DNA of 64,000 bases, taken from NCBI GenBank assembly GCA_963730935.1, contig CAVSTP010000002.1, forward strand, positions 544,001 through 608,000, in the 5' to 3' direction. The stretch's first letter is position 1; every line of letters begins with the position of its first letter. Made by a program: the position numbers and the translations under genes. The notes under the pieces are model-generated. The model was not told the origin of the DNA, searched no databases, and saw only the letters and a list, made by a program, of their open reading frames with translations. Shown one piece after another: positions 1 through 9,311 of this stretch. This DNA comes from an uncultured Nitrospiraceae bacterium. GTDB taxonomy: Bacteria > Nitrospirota > Nitrospiria > Nitrospirales > Nitrospiraceae.

Positions 1-2
1 GC

Positions 3-701
3 CCTCCTATTCTTGGGTTGATTCTCGCCAGTAATAATTCATCTGATTGCTCGGATTTCAATAATCACGTTTTCGAGTTTTTGAAAAGAGAAAGGTTTGA
101 CGCTGTGGTGCTCAGTGCGAGATGGCGGGTTTATGCCGAAGGGACTCCCTTCGATAACGGTGAAGGTGGTGTTGACACGTTTACATCGAGATACTCTACT
201 TCATCGAAGTTCGCGAACGAAGAGCAAAGATTCGCTTCTGTCATTAATGCTTATGTGGAGTCGATCGAGAAGGTGGCTGCGGCTGTATTTCCCGCCAAAG
301 TTGTTCTTGTTTACCAGATTCCAGAGGTTGGCTTCAATGTTCCCGATGCTTTCTTTAAGACTATTCGTAGAGGAGAACAACCACCAACGGTGCTTACCAC
401 GAGTTATGACATTTACAAAAGTTCAAACAAAAGAGTATCCGATGCGCTTGATCGTATTACGAGTCCAAACTTAGTACGCATCTTTCCACATACTTCATTG
501 TGTAATGCGGATGTTAAAGGGCGATGTGTCGTTGTTAAGGAGGGGCAATTACTTTACATTGATGAAGATCATCTAAGTTTTGACGGGGCTCGTATCGTCA
601 CAGCGACTTATGTCGCAGCAATAAAGCCTCATATCGGAGCTGAAAAACGGATACGCCGCTCGACGATCGGGCAAGATTCCTCTTCTCCCAATCGATTATA
701 G
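3..701 (+). CDS. C-terminal SGNH domain of an acyltransferase-3/SGNH (OafA-like) O-acetyltransferase; 5'-truncated by the window edge
   Basis: Frame is open from base 3. VVLSARW block, PEVGFNVP and a DxxH catalytic motif (YIDEDHLS) with a flanking Cys pair. Visibly AT-richer than the rest of the window. Confidence 0.75.
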   Translation, partial: PPILGLILASNNSSDCSDFNNHVFEFLKRERFDAVVLSARWRVYAEGTPFDNGEGGVDTFTSRYSTSSKFANEEQRFASVINAYVESIEKVAAAVFPAKVVLVYQIPEVGFNVPDAFFKTIRRGEQPPTVLTTSYDIYKSSNKRVSDALDRITSPNLVRIFPHTSLCNADVKGRCVVVKEGQLLYIDEDHLSFDGARIVTATYVAAIKPHIGAEKRIRRSTIGQDSSSPNRL

Positions 702-796
702 CAATTGAGAAGATGGGACCTGAGGGCTCCAACGCGCAGAAACTGAGGGCATAATAGACCTGGCGAAAAACGCCAGCCTCAACTCGAAGATGCCGA

Positions 797-1018
797 CCAT
801 ATCAGGCTAGGCGTGGGAGTCCTCATTAGAACCCCCGCCTGCCTGAACAGGGCCGGGGGGTCTTGTGTCAGGTGTTATTAGGGTGTTACTTTTGCGGCCA
901 GACGGGGATGTATAGAGACAAAGACAGCCGAAGAGAAGCAAATGGCTCTTGGGCATACAGTAAGCGGAAAGAGGGAATCGCCGCTCCTGTCAAGGCGTTC
1001 AGCGATTCCCCCTAATAC
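797..1018 (+). repeat. Conserved non-coding element, copy 1 (inverted copy at 61830-62045)
   Basis: Shares, in the same order, GGAGTCCTnATTAG, GTGTTATTAGGGTGTTACTTT, AGAGACAAAGACAG, AAGAGAAGCAAAT, GGAATCGCCGCTCCT and GTTCAGCGAnTCCCCCTAATAC with the reverse complement of 61830-62045. Confidence 0.9.
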
Positions 1019-1048
1019 AATCCCGCCTTCGGCACCAATCGAGAACCC

Positions 1049-1762
1049 ATGACCCACGGAGCAACGATGCCCCTTGCTGGCGCAACGTCTGTGCGGCGTC
1101 GCAGTGTTCCGCCGACCAAGCCTTCTTCGATCAGGCTGCTCTTGGTCGACGATCATGAAGTTGTTCGAGTCGGCCTGCGCACGGTCCTGCACAACAATCA
1201 AGGCATCACGGTCGTCGGGGAGGCCGACAGCAAAGCGCAGGCAGCCGCGGAGGCCAAGCGCCTTCGGCCGGACGTCATCTTGATGGACGTCCGCCTGCCT
1301 GACGGGTCCGGTGTTGAAGCATGCCGCGAAATCCTGTCTGAACAACCGACGGCGCGGGTCATCTTCCTGACGTCCTACACGGATGACGACTCGGTACTCG
1401 CGGCCGTGTTGGCCGGGGCGTACGGGTACGTGTTGAAGGAAATCGATTCGGCTGCGCTCATTCGCGCAATCAGGACCGTGTCCACCGGCCGCTCCATCCT
1501 GGACCCCGCCGTGACCAAGCGGGCCCTTGAATGGATCAAGACTGTCCCGGCTGCTGAAGGCCCTGCGCGCCCCTCGTCACTCTCACCACAAGAAGAACGG
1601 GTGCTGGCATTAGTGGCCGACGGCTTGACCAACAAAGAGATTGCCTCGACGCTCAAGTTGAGCGATAAGACTGTCAAAAATTACCTGGCCAACATGTTCC
1701 AGAAGCTCCATATTTCCCGTCGGGCTCAAGCGGCTGCATTCTTCGTCAAGCGCACCGTGTAG
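1049..1762 (+). CDS. NarL/LuxR-family DNA-binding response regulator (DevR/DosR-like)
   Basis: REC domain (LLVDDHEVVR, phospho-acceptor in MDVRLPDGSG, YVLKE) plus LuxR HTH (LSPQEERVLALVADGLTNKEIA...SDKTVKNY). Start codon uncertain. Confidence 0.95.
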   Translation: MTHGATMPLAGATSVRRRSVPPTKPSSIRLLLVDDHEVVRVGLRTVLHNNQGITVVGEADSKAQAAAEAKRLRPDVILMDVRLPDGSGVEACREILSEQPTARVIFLTSYTDDDSVLAAVLAGAYGYVLKEIDSAALIRAIRTVSTGRSILDPAVTKRALEWIKTVPAAEGPARPSSLSPQEERVLALVADGLTNKEIASTLKLSDKTVKNYLANMFQKLHISRRAQAAAFFVKRTV

Positions 1763-1777
1763 CAAGGGCGTCCACGC

Positions 1778-2269
1778 GTGGCCGGGGATCACCCCGTGGC
1801 AGCGCAGCCCCAAACACACCCTATCGTGATGCCCTCCTGGACTCTGTACTTCAATGCCGCATTGGGCAGCCTTGTCATCGCCGTGGGCGCATGGCTGGCC
1901 TGGAACGGGCTGTCCCCGTACAGCGCGGCAGGAGTTGCGATCGTCGCGGCGGCGTTCTTATGGTGGCGTGGCACGACCCTCACGCTTATCTGGGCCTGGT
2001 CGTTGCAGTTGCTTGGCCTCGAATGCTTTGCCTGGCCCGTTGTGACTATGCTGCAAATTCGTTCGGCTGGCGGCGAACCATCCGAGGCCGAGATGGGCGC
2101 CATCCTCTCCGCCACACTCATGGGGCTTTTTTCGGCCTGCTTCTGGCTCGCTTTATCCTATGGCCTGTTCAAACGGGCAAAGGAAGGACCGGGCACGGCG
2201 CGACAGGAGAACTCCTCTACGCCGCACCCCAAGGCCAATGGCAGCGCTCACGCGTCAAAGAAGCGGTAA
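1778..2269 (+). CDS. Hypothetical integral membrane protein (about 4 TM helices)
   Basis: Four hydrophobic stretches and a polar tail; directly downstream of the regulator. Start may be at about 1826-1829. Confidence 0.7.
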   Translation: MAGDHPVAAQPQTHPIVMPSWTLYFNAALGSLVIAVGAWLAWNGLSPYSAAGVAIVAAAFLWWRGTTLTLIWAWSLQLLGLECFAWPVVTMLQIRSAGGEPSEAEMGAILSATLMGLFSACFWLALSYGLFKRAKEGPGTARQENSSTPHPKANGSAHASKKR

Positions 2270-2272
2270 CGG

Positions 2273-4531
2273 TCACCACATCTCAATCGGATCCACGTCG
2301 ACGTCGAACTTCACTGTTCGACGGGCATAGAGCGATTCAAGATCGGCTAGTGTTGATCGGATGGTCTGGACGGCGTTGAAGTCCGGTCGGGACTTGATCA
2401 GGATCTGCCGGCGGTAACGTCCGCGCACCCGGGGCACAGGCGACCGAACGGGTCCCAGGATAGTGAGATGCTCGCCTTCAGGCGTGGGCTTCGCCTCACG
2501 GCTGATTGCGTCCGCCCAGGCTTGGGCCGCGTGTGCGACGGTCGGTTCGAGTGCCCCGGAAACGTGAAGGACGATCACGCGAACGGCCGGGGGAAATCCA
2601 AGCGCCGTCCGGTGTAGCAATTCCTCTGCTCTGAAGATCGCATCATCCTGTCGCGCCACCGCCTCGATCACATGGTGCGACGGCAGGTACGTTTGAATGA
2701 TCAGCCGACCGCCCGCCGACATCGGCTGCACCAGACCCGCGGCGTCCTGCAGCAAATGGAACGTGCGTTCAGCCGCTCGAAAGTCGGGAAGGCTCAGCCC
2801 CGCATCCGCCTGCACGGCGCCCGCGAGACCCAGCGGCGGCACCAGATCATCTCTCAACAGTAATTGGGTGCCAATGAGCACATCCCACTCCCGCCGACGA
2901 ATGCGTGTCCGGATGCGATCGGCTTCCTTCGGCCTTCGCATGGTCTCTCCGTCGACTCGCAACACCCGTGCAGAGGGAAACCGTCGTTTTACTTCTTCTT
3001 CCAGACGTTCGGTCCCTTCCCCGACAGGCTGCAGCCGGGCACTCCCGCATGTGGAGCACAGGTCTAGAATCGCATGCGTGGCACCACAGTAATGACAAAA
3101 CAGCACGTTCTTCTGTCGCGAAAACGCGAACGCCACGTCACAGGAGGGACAGCGGGGAACCTGGCCGCAGTCTCGACAGACGAGCGCACCCGCATAGGCT
3201 TTCCGGTTGAGAAATAACAGGATTCCTGCCTGACGCGCCATGGTTTCGCGCATGGCCTCGTGCAGCCGGACGCTTAAGAGCAGTCGACGATCCTCGCGTT
3301 GAAGATCCACGACCTCGACCTGCGGCGAGATGTCCGATCGAACGGGCGCTTTGAGTAGGTGCTTCGGCGCTTCCAGGCCGGTCGCCTCGAGAGAGAGATG
3401 GGCCGAACCCAATACGAGAAGCGCCTCCTCCTTCTGGGCTCTCATCCACGCAACATCCCGCGCATGATATCTCGGCTCCATCGGTTCTTTGAGCGCGGAA
3501 TCCTCGTCGCGGTCAATCCAGATCAGGCCGATGGGATCAAGCGGAAGGAACACGGCGGCTCTCGTGCCAACCACGACGGTAACATGGTTCTGACGAATCC
3601 GCCCCCAGATTTCAGACCTCTTCTCATCAGGCATCATGCTGTGAAGCGCGGCGGTCACCGTGGCCGGGTGAGCCAGCGCGGCTGCGAGTGATTCCGCGCG
3701 GGAGGTTTCACCCGTGATCACGAGCACCTTCCGCCCCAGTTCCACCGTCCTGATCACGGCAGCACGAAGCAAGGCGAGGCGTTCTGTGGGATCAGCCTCT
3801 ACCAACAGACGGGCGGACGTACGGCCCTCCACCGCACGCAGGACGCACGCCTCCCATTCGACGTTTCGCGACGTGCCCCAATCCTGAGAACGCTCGTCAG
3901 CGTGGAAACCGAACAGAGCAGGAGTCTCGGTCGCCGTGCGACCGCGCACTTTGTGTGCCCAGCCTCGATCGAGGATCGACGCCAAGACCTCCTCATGAGT
4001 CCGGTCCTTGCCATGACAAAGGCGAGAGAGCGAAATGCCGAGCGGCCGACGTTTGAGACGCTTCAGAAGTGGCACGAACGCAGGGGGAATCGAATCCTGT
4101 TTGGTCAGAGCTTCTTGACCTTCCTTGGTCAAAATCATGTGGCTCGAGTCAAGCCTGGTCGATTTGGGCGGCAGCACCAGCCTGAGGCATTGTCCCCAGG
4201 GTGCCACATAGGTTTCAGCCACGGTCTTCGCCAGCAGCAGCAGGGGAGGAGGAATTTCAACGGCCCGATCAGCCGTGACCAGTGCGCGAATGAGTTTGAG
4301 CCGTTCGAGCGGCACTGCCGGAGGATGGTGAGGACTGAGCGCAACAACCGCACCTTGAACCAGGGACCGTCCGAACGGCACGAACACTAGGTGACCGACC
4401 CGCAACACCGCTCGTAAATCAGTGGGAATTCGATAGGTAAATGGGCCGGCGAAGTGGCGGGGGACAATGATCTCCGCGAAGAGCGGAGCGTCTGGTTCCT
4501 GTGATGTGATGGTCCGCGGCTCACCGATCAT
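2273..4531 (-). CDS. priA: Primosomal protein N' (PriA) with degenerate helicase motifs
   Basis: N-terminal 3'-DNA-binding domain (FTYRIP, VPFG), GTRAAVFLP, PRYHARDVA, four CxxC zinc motifs, GTERLEEE, LPDFRAAERTF and C-terminal DVDP. Confidence 0.92.
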   Translation of the reverse strand: MIGEPRTITSQEPDAPLFAEIIVPRHFAGPFTYRIPTDLRAVLRVGHLVFVPFGRSLVQGAVVALSPHHPPAVPLERLKLIRALVTADRAVEIPPPLLLLAKTVAETYVAPWGQCLRLVLPPKSTRLDSSHMILTKEGQEALTKQDSIPPAFVPLLKRLKRRPLGISLSRLCHGKDRTHEEVLASILDRGWAHKVRGRTATETPALFGFHADERSQDWGTSRNVEWEACVLRAVEGRTSARLLVEADPTERLALLRAAVIRTVELGRKVLVITGETSRAESLAAALAHPATVTAALHSMMPDEKRSEIWGRIRQNHVTVVVGTRAAVFLPLDPIGLIWIDRDEDSALKEPMEPRYHARDVAWMRAQKEEALLVLGSAHLSLEATGLEAPKHLLKAPVRSDISPQVEVVDLQREDRRLLLSVRLHEAMRETMARQAGILLFLNRKAYAGALVCRDCGQVPRCPSCDVAFAFSRQKNVLFCHYCGATHAILDLCSTCGSARLQPVGEGTERLEEEVKRRFPSARVLRVDGETMRRPKEADRIRTRIRRREWDVLIGTQLLLRDDLVPPLGLAGAVQADAGLSLPDFRAAERTFHLLQDAAGLVQPMSAGGRLIIQTYLPSHHVIEAVARQDDAIFRAEELLHRTALGFPPAVRVIVLHVSGALEPTVAHAAQAWADAISREAKPTPEGEHLTILGPVRSPVPRVRGRYRRQILIKSRPDFNAVQTIRSTLADLESLYARRTVKFDVDVDPIEMW

Positions 4532-4628
4532 GCGGCATTGTAGCAGCAGCAGTCAGGAGGGGAAACCAGCAAGCTCGCGCACGCTGGGACATGCTCACAA
4601 CGGAGCATGTCCCAGCGGAGAGCAGCAA

Positions 4629-6134
4629 TCAGGGTTGCGCTGTTTTGTCCGGCGCGGCCGGCACAGCCTGGGTGTTTTCAGCAGGTGTATCGGAAACGAC
4701 CGGAGGAGTAGGAACTGGTTTTTCGGCATTGTCCGCCTCCGTGGGAACGGTCTTGTCGACCGAAGAAGCGGCCGACACCTGGCCCTGCGATCCGAGACCG
4801 GACACACGATAGCCGTCATCAGCGGCGGCTTCGGCAGGCGCCGTCGGAGGCGCGGGATCAGCCGGTGCGGCGTTGGGAGCATAGAGGACAACGTCGACGC
4901 GGCGGTTTCTTGAACGTCCGGCTTCCGTCGCATTGCTCATCAACGGCTTAGTCGCGCCGTAGCCGATAGACGAGATTCGTGCAGAGTCGATGCCGCCTTT
5001 TTCGACGAGATAGCGCAGAACGCCGGTGGCGCGCGCTTTGGAAAGATCCCAATTTGTCGGGTACTGCGACTTCAGGGAGGGACCGATTTCCATATTGTCC
5101 GCATGCCCCTCGACGCGGATCAGTTGATCGGCCTGCGATCCTTTCAAGAGTTCGACCAACTGGTCCAGCGTTTGATAGCCTTCCGGCTTGATCCTAGCTT
5201 CGCCGGATTCATACTGCAGCTGCTTCATGAGATCGTCCAAAGTGTACCGCGTTTCGCGCGCTGCATTCTGAACCGCTCGCTTACCTGTCGAAGGCTCCGC
5301 GGGACTGTTCATGGACGGCGCGGCCGGCGTGACCGGCTCTGCCGGAGGAACAAGATCCGCCTGATACTTCGTACGGAATTGGTCGCCCTTGAGAATGCGG
5401 GAAATCGATTTCGTGACGAGTGCAGTGGCGCTGCGGCCCTCGGTTGACAACACCTTCACCTCCCCGACCTGGCGAGGCGGCAGCCCCCCTCCGTAACGAG
5501 TCAGCTCCAGGCGGTCTCCAGCCTTGAGCCCATCTTCCCACCCGCGGTCGAGATAGACGATGTTCCGTTGTGCCACTAGGGTCATCTCCAAATCAGCTTG
5601 CAATTCGACGACCATGCCGTTGATGTCGCCCGAAGCAGGCACGGCGGCCGCTTCGCCGGAACTCGGCAGTGAGAACTTGGCGATGGGATCACCGGGAGCC
5701 GCCGCCCCGAATGCCCGCACAACGCGAGCCGTGGTCAATACGTCATCCACTTGAACCACCTGTACGATGGCGAGCCGGGTAATCAGATACCCCAAGTACT
5801 GCCCGGTTGCGGGATGAAAAACCTTTCGGGTTCGCTTGTAGACGGTGAAGAGATCGCCGATCGCCGCCTCTGCAGGATTTTTCAACTTGAGGTAGAGCGT
5901 ATCGTTCTGTCCGAGCCGCATACGGTTTCCGATGGTCTGATTGTCGCCGGTGATGACATTCACCACACCGTCCTGCGGAGTAAACTGCTGGATGGAACCC
6001 GCGGCGTAGGTCCTGGCTGCCTCGCCGTAACGGATACTGTCGAGATCATCGGCCCACGCCGACAACAGTCCCATCGTGGCGATGATCGCGAACAGCGCGC
6101 AGCCTGTGAGGGCTTTCTGTGGATGAATGGTCAT
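4629..6134 (-). CDS. Exported OmpA/MotB-domain peptidoglycan-binding protein with N-terminal FlgT-C-like beta domains
   Basis: Signal peptide, IRVEGHADN, YPTNWDLSKARA, GYGATKP and NRRVDV motifs; Pro/Ala-rich tail. Confidence 0.85.
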   Translation of the reverse strand: MTIHPQKALTGCALFAIIATMGLLSAWADDLDSIRYGEAARTYAAGSIQQFTPQDGVVNVITGDNQTIGNRMRLGQNDTLYLKLKNPAEAAIGDLFTVYKRTRKVFHPATGQYLGYLITRLAIVQVVQVDDVLTTARVVRAFGAAAPGDPIAKFSLPSSGEAAAVPASGDINGMVVELQADLEMTLVAQRNIVYLDRGWEDGLKAGDRLELTRYGGGLPPRQVGEVKVLSTEGRSATALVTKSISRILKGDQFRTKYQADLVPPAEPVTPAAPSMNSPAEPSTGKRAVQNAARETRYTLDDLMKQLQYESGEARIKPEGYQTLDQLVELLKGSQADQLIRVEGHADNMEIGPSLKSQYPTNWDLSKARATGVLRYLVEKGGIDSARISSIGYGATKPLMSNATEAGRSRNRRVDVVLYAPNAAPADPAPPTAPAEAAADDGYRVSGLGSQGQVSAASSVDKTVPTEADNAEKPVPTPPVVSDTPAENTQAVPAAPDKTAQP

Positions 6135-6172
6135 GGCGTGTCCTTCTGGTTAAGGCATAGTCTGCTCAAAAA

Positions 6173-6200
6173 ACCATAGCAAATCATCCCATAGAGTCAA
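6173..6200 (-). promoter_or_regulatory. Putative sigma-70 promoter for the OmpA/MotB gene
   Basis: Minus strand reads TTGACT-N16-TATGGT with an extended -10 TG. Confidence 0.45.
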
Positions 6201-6222
6201 GAATATTGCGGTCTTGTCCCCG

Positions 6223-6251
6223 TTGACCGGGGTGGGGACCTTTGCTAAGGT
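6223..6251 (+). promoter_or_regulatory. Putative sigma-70 promoter pointing toward the nuo operon
   Basis: TTGACC-N17-TAAGGT with an extended -10 TG; divergent from the promoter at 6173-6200. Confidence 0.5.
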
Positions 6252-6300
6252 GCTCGAGTGTTTTAGCCGAGCCGGGCCAGGTGAACTAAACAGAGGCTTT

Positions 6301-6510
6301 ATGCCGCAGAAACCGCCGGAACGCTCTTCTCGTCCTCGATTAGAGACCCAAATTCACAGGCGGAAGAAGGCCAAGGCCTTTTCCCCGCTGCTTCCGGAGT
6401 GGGAACGGAAGGATCAGACCGTTCCTTCCCACCTCCGAATGGACGCAGCCCTCATGGATTCGACGGCCGGTCGGCCGAAACCGGGTCAGGGTAGGACTTC
6501 CGGGTCTTGA
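6301..6510 (+). CDS. Possible small basic hypothetical protein (69 aa) in the nuo leader
   Basis: ATG at 6301 with AGAGG just upstream, downstream of the putative promoter. No recognisable motif. Confidence 0.25.
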   Translation: MPQKPPERSSRPRLETQIHRRKKAKAFSPLLPEWERKDQTVPSHLRMDAALMDSTAGRPKPGQGRTSGS

Positions 6511-6601
6511 GGGTAGGTCCTTTGTGCGCTTGCTATCACGATAACCCCCCGTCTAAGATCCCTTTCTCCTTTGCAACTCAAGGTGTTGAAAGGTGACCTC
6601 C

Positions 6602-6994
6602 ATGAGCGGTCTTGAGTTACTTCTGGAGTATCTGACTAAGTATTTTCCGGTTCTCTTGTTTATCTTCGTCGCCCTGGCCTTCGGGGTCGTGACGCTCTTG
6701 TTGAGCTATCTGGTCCAACCGAAGTATCCGGAACCCGAGAAACTATCCGCCTACGAGTGCGGATCCGAGCCCTTTTCTGATGCCCGGATGCCGTTTCCGG
6801 TTCGCTACTATATTTTCGCCATGCTGTTCGTGATCTTTGATATCGAAGTCATTTTTCTCTATCCCTGGGCCGTGGTGTTCAACGACATCAATAAGGTCAG
6901 CATCATCGGCCTGGTCGAAATGATGATTTTCATCGCGTTGTTCGTCGTCGCCTATGTCTATGCTTGGCGCAAGGGAGCATTGGAATGGGACTGA
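6602..6994 (+). CDS. nuoA: NADH-quinone oxidoreductase subunit A
   Basis: [40 protein letters not shown]. Confidence 0.97.
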   Translation: MSGLELLLEYLTKYFPVLLFIFVALAFGVVTLLLSYLVQPKYPEPEKLSAYECGSEPFSDARMPFPVRYYIFAMLFVIFDIEVIFLYPWAVVFNDINKVSIIGLVEMMIFIALFVVAYVYAWRKGALEWD

Positions 6995-7512
6995 TTCATT
7001 TGGGACGTCATGACAAAGACAGCGCGCCGGACGTCATCACCACGACGGTAGAGAAAGCCGTGAATTGGGCGCGCAAGGGCTCACTCTGGCCCATGACGTT
7101 CGGGCTAGCCTGTTGCGCCATCGAAATGATTGCCGCCGTCTCGTCACGCTACGACATGGACCGCTACGGCGCCGGGGTGTTCCGCGCGTCTCCCAGGCAG
7201 TCGGATCTGATGATCGTCGCGGGAACGGTGTGCCGCCGGATGGCACCCGTCATCCGAAAGATTTACGACCAGATGCCCGAACCGAAATACGTCATCGCGA
7301 TGGGTTCGTGCGCGACCTCGGGAAACATCTACGACAGTTACAGCGTGGTGCAGGGCGTCGACCGCTTCGTCCCGGTGGATATCTACGTGCCTGGCTGTCC
7401 CCCGACTCCAGAAGCCTTGTTCGACGGTGTTCTCAAACTGCAAGAGCGCATCATGCAAAAACGTGTGTTCGTCAAGCAGCCGGAACAGGTGAAGGCGGGC
7501 CTAAAAGCCTGA
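6985..7512 (+). CDS. nuoB: NADH-quinone oxidoreductase subunit B
   Basis: [31 protein letters not shown] (cluster N2 ligands). Confidence 0.97.
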   Translation: MGLIHLGRHDKDSAPDVITTTVEKAVNWARKGSLWPMTFGLACCAIEMIAAVSSRYDMDRYGAGVFRASPRQSDLMIVAGTVCRRMAPVIRKIYDQMPEPKYVIAMGSCATSGNIYDSYSVVQGVDRFVPVDIYVPGCPPTPEALFDGVLKLQERIMQKRVFVKQPEQVKAGLKA

Positions 7513-7519
7513 GGATCCC

Positions 7520-8020
7520 ATGTCGCTTCAGCAGTTGTCCGAACGCCTTCGCGAGCATTTCACAGTGGGTTTTGTTCATTCCGTCGAGTGGCGCGGCGAT
7601 CTGGCGATCACCGTCACCAGGGACAAATTGCACGAGGTCGCCCAATTTTTGCGCGACGACCCGGCCATGGATTTCGACTATATCGTGCATGTCAGCTCGG
7701 TTGACTGGCCCGACGACGAAGAGCGGTTCGAAGTCGTCTATGAGTTTTATTCGATCAGGAAGCGGCACCGCATCCGGCTGAAGACCAGGGTGCCGGAATC
7801 AGACTGCATCGTAGATTCCCTCACCGATCTGTGGAAAGGCGCGGACTTCATGGAGCGCGAGGTCTACGATATGATGGGAATTCGTTTCCGCCGCCATCCT
7901 GATCTTCGCCGCATCCTGATGCCGGACGACTACACGGAAGGATATCCCTTGCGGAAAGATTTTCCGGTCCGCGGGAAGGGCTGGCGCGACACGTTTGAGT
8001 TTTTGGACGAAACGAGATAA
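7520..8020 (+). CDS. nuoC: NADH-quinone oxidoreductase subunit C
   Basis: RFEVVY, EREVYDMMGI, HPDLRRILMP, YPLRKDFP. Confidence 0.96.
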   Translation: MSLQQLSERLREHFTVGFVHSVEWRGDLAITVTRDKLHEVAQFLRDDPAMDFDYIVHVSSVDWPDDEERFEVVYEFYSIRKRHRIRLKTRVPESDCIVDSLTDLWKGADFMEREVYDMMGIRFRRHPDLRRILMPDDYTEGYPLRKDFPVRGKGWRDTFEFLDETR

Positions 8021-8031
8021 GCACAACCACG

Positions 8032-9276
8032 ATGGCATTCGAAGATCAAAGAACCACCGTTTACAAAGTCGATCCGACCCATCCAGAGAGCGAAACGCTC
8101 CCCACGTTGCGGACAGAGGAGCTGCTGCTCAACATGGGGCCGCAGCATCCGAGCACGCACGGCGTGTTGAAGGTGATTCTGGAACTGGAAGGCGAGCGTC
8201 TCGTCAAATCGACGCCCGTCATGGGTTTCTTGCACCGCGGAGTCGAAAAGCTCGCCGAGGACGGCACCTACCATCAGTTCATTCCGCACACGGACCGGCT
8301 CGACTACGTGTGTGCCATGTACAACAACTTCGCCTACTGCCGTGCAGTTGAAAAACTCATGAACATCACGGTTCCGGATCGCGCCGAATACCTGCGCACC
8401 ATCGTCGCCGAAGTGCAGCGGATCATCGGTCACCAGTTTTGGCTGGGGACCCAGGCGCTCGACATCGGCGCGATGACGGTGTTTTTCTATTGCTTTCGGG
8501 ATCGGGAAATTCTTCTCGACTGGTTTGACGAATTGTGCGGCGCGCGGCTGACGACGAGCTGGTATCGCATCGGGGGAGTGGAGCGCGATTTCACGCCTTC
8601 ATTGTTTGCCAAGCTCAAACAATTTCTGGACTATTTTCCACCGAAGATCGACGAGTACGTCGTGTTCCTCGAAAAAAACCGCATCTGGCTCGCCCGTACC
8701 AAAGGCGTGGCTGTGATCTCCGCCGAGGACGCCGTCAGTTTCGGACTGAGCGGACCGACGCTTCGCGGTTCAGGAGTGGACTACGACTTACGGAAGGCGG
8801 AACCGTACTCGGCCTATTCGAAGTGCGAATTCAGTGTTCCGCTCGGGAAGAATGGGGATACGTACGACCGGTACTGGATCCGCGTCATGGAGCTCTACGA
8901 AAGCGTCAAGATCATCAAGCAGTGCCTCGAACAGATTCAGGACGGCTCGATCATGGCCGACGTGCCCAGCGTGACGCTGCCTCCGAAGGAGCGCGTCTTC
9001 ACGAATCTCGACTCCATGATTCAGCAGTTCAAGCTCTTTTCACAGGGCTTCAATGCTCCGCCGGGAGAAATCTACTGCGGCACCGAGGCGCACAAGGGCG
9101 AGCTCGGCTTCTACATCGTCAGCACCGGCGGCGGGAAGCCGTATCGGCTCAAGATCCGAGCGCCTTCGTTTATTCATATGGGGGCTTTCGATCACATGTC
9201 GAGAGGGTACATGATCGCTGACGCCATTACCTTGTTCGGCACCTATGACATCGTGATGGGAGAATGCGACCGGTAA
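8032..9276 (+). CDS. nuoD: NADH-quinone oxidoreductase subunit D
   Basis: NMGPQHPSTHGVL, HRGVEK, DRLDY, KGELG, DIVMGECDR. Confidence 0.97.
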   Translation: MAFEDQRTTVYKVDPTHPESETLPTLRTEELLLNMGPQHPSTHGVLKVILELEGERLVKSTPVMGFLHRGVEKLAEDGTYHQFIPHTDRLDYVCAMYNNFAYCRAVEKLMNITVPDRAEYLRTIVAEVQRIIGHQFWLGTQALDIGAMTVFFYCFRDREILLDWFDELCGARLTTSWYRIGGVERDFTPSLFAKLKQFLDYFPPKIDEYVVFLEKNRIWLARTKGVAVISAEDAVSFGLSGPTLRGSGVDYDLRKAEPYSAYSKCEFSVPLGKNGDTYDRYWIRVMELYESVKIIKQCLEQIQDGSIMADVPSVTLPPKERVFTNLDSMIQQFKLFSQGFNAPPGEIYCGTEAHKGELGFYIVSTGGGKPYRLKIRAPSFIHMGAFDHMSRGYMIADAITLFGTYDIVMGECDR

Positions 9277-9311
9277 ACAAGCACGTCATGGAACGCAGTG
9301 TTTGAGGATCT

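Noticed and set aside
831..868. Hairpin as a simple intrinsic terminator of the acyltransferase gene
   Set aside because: Weak U-tract, and the equivalent hairpin in copy 2 has no convincing co-oriented gene upstream, so it is treated as part of the duplicated element.
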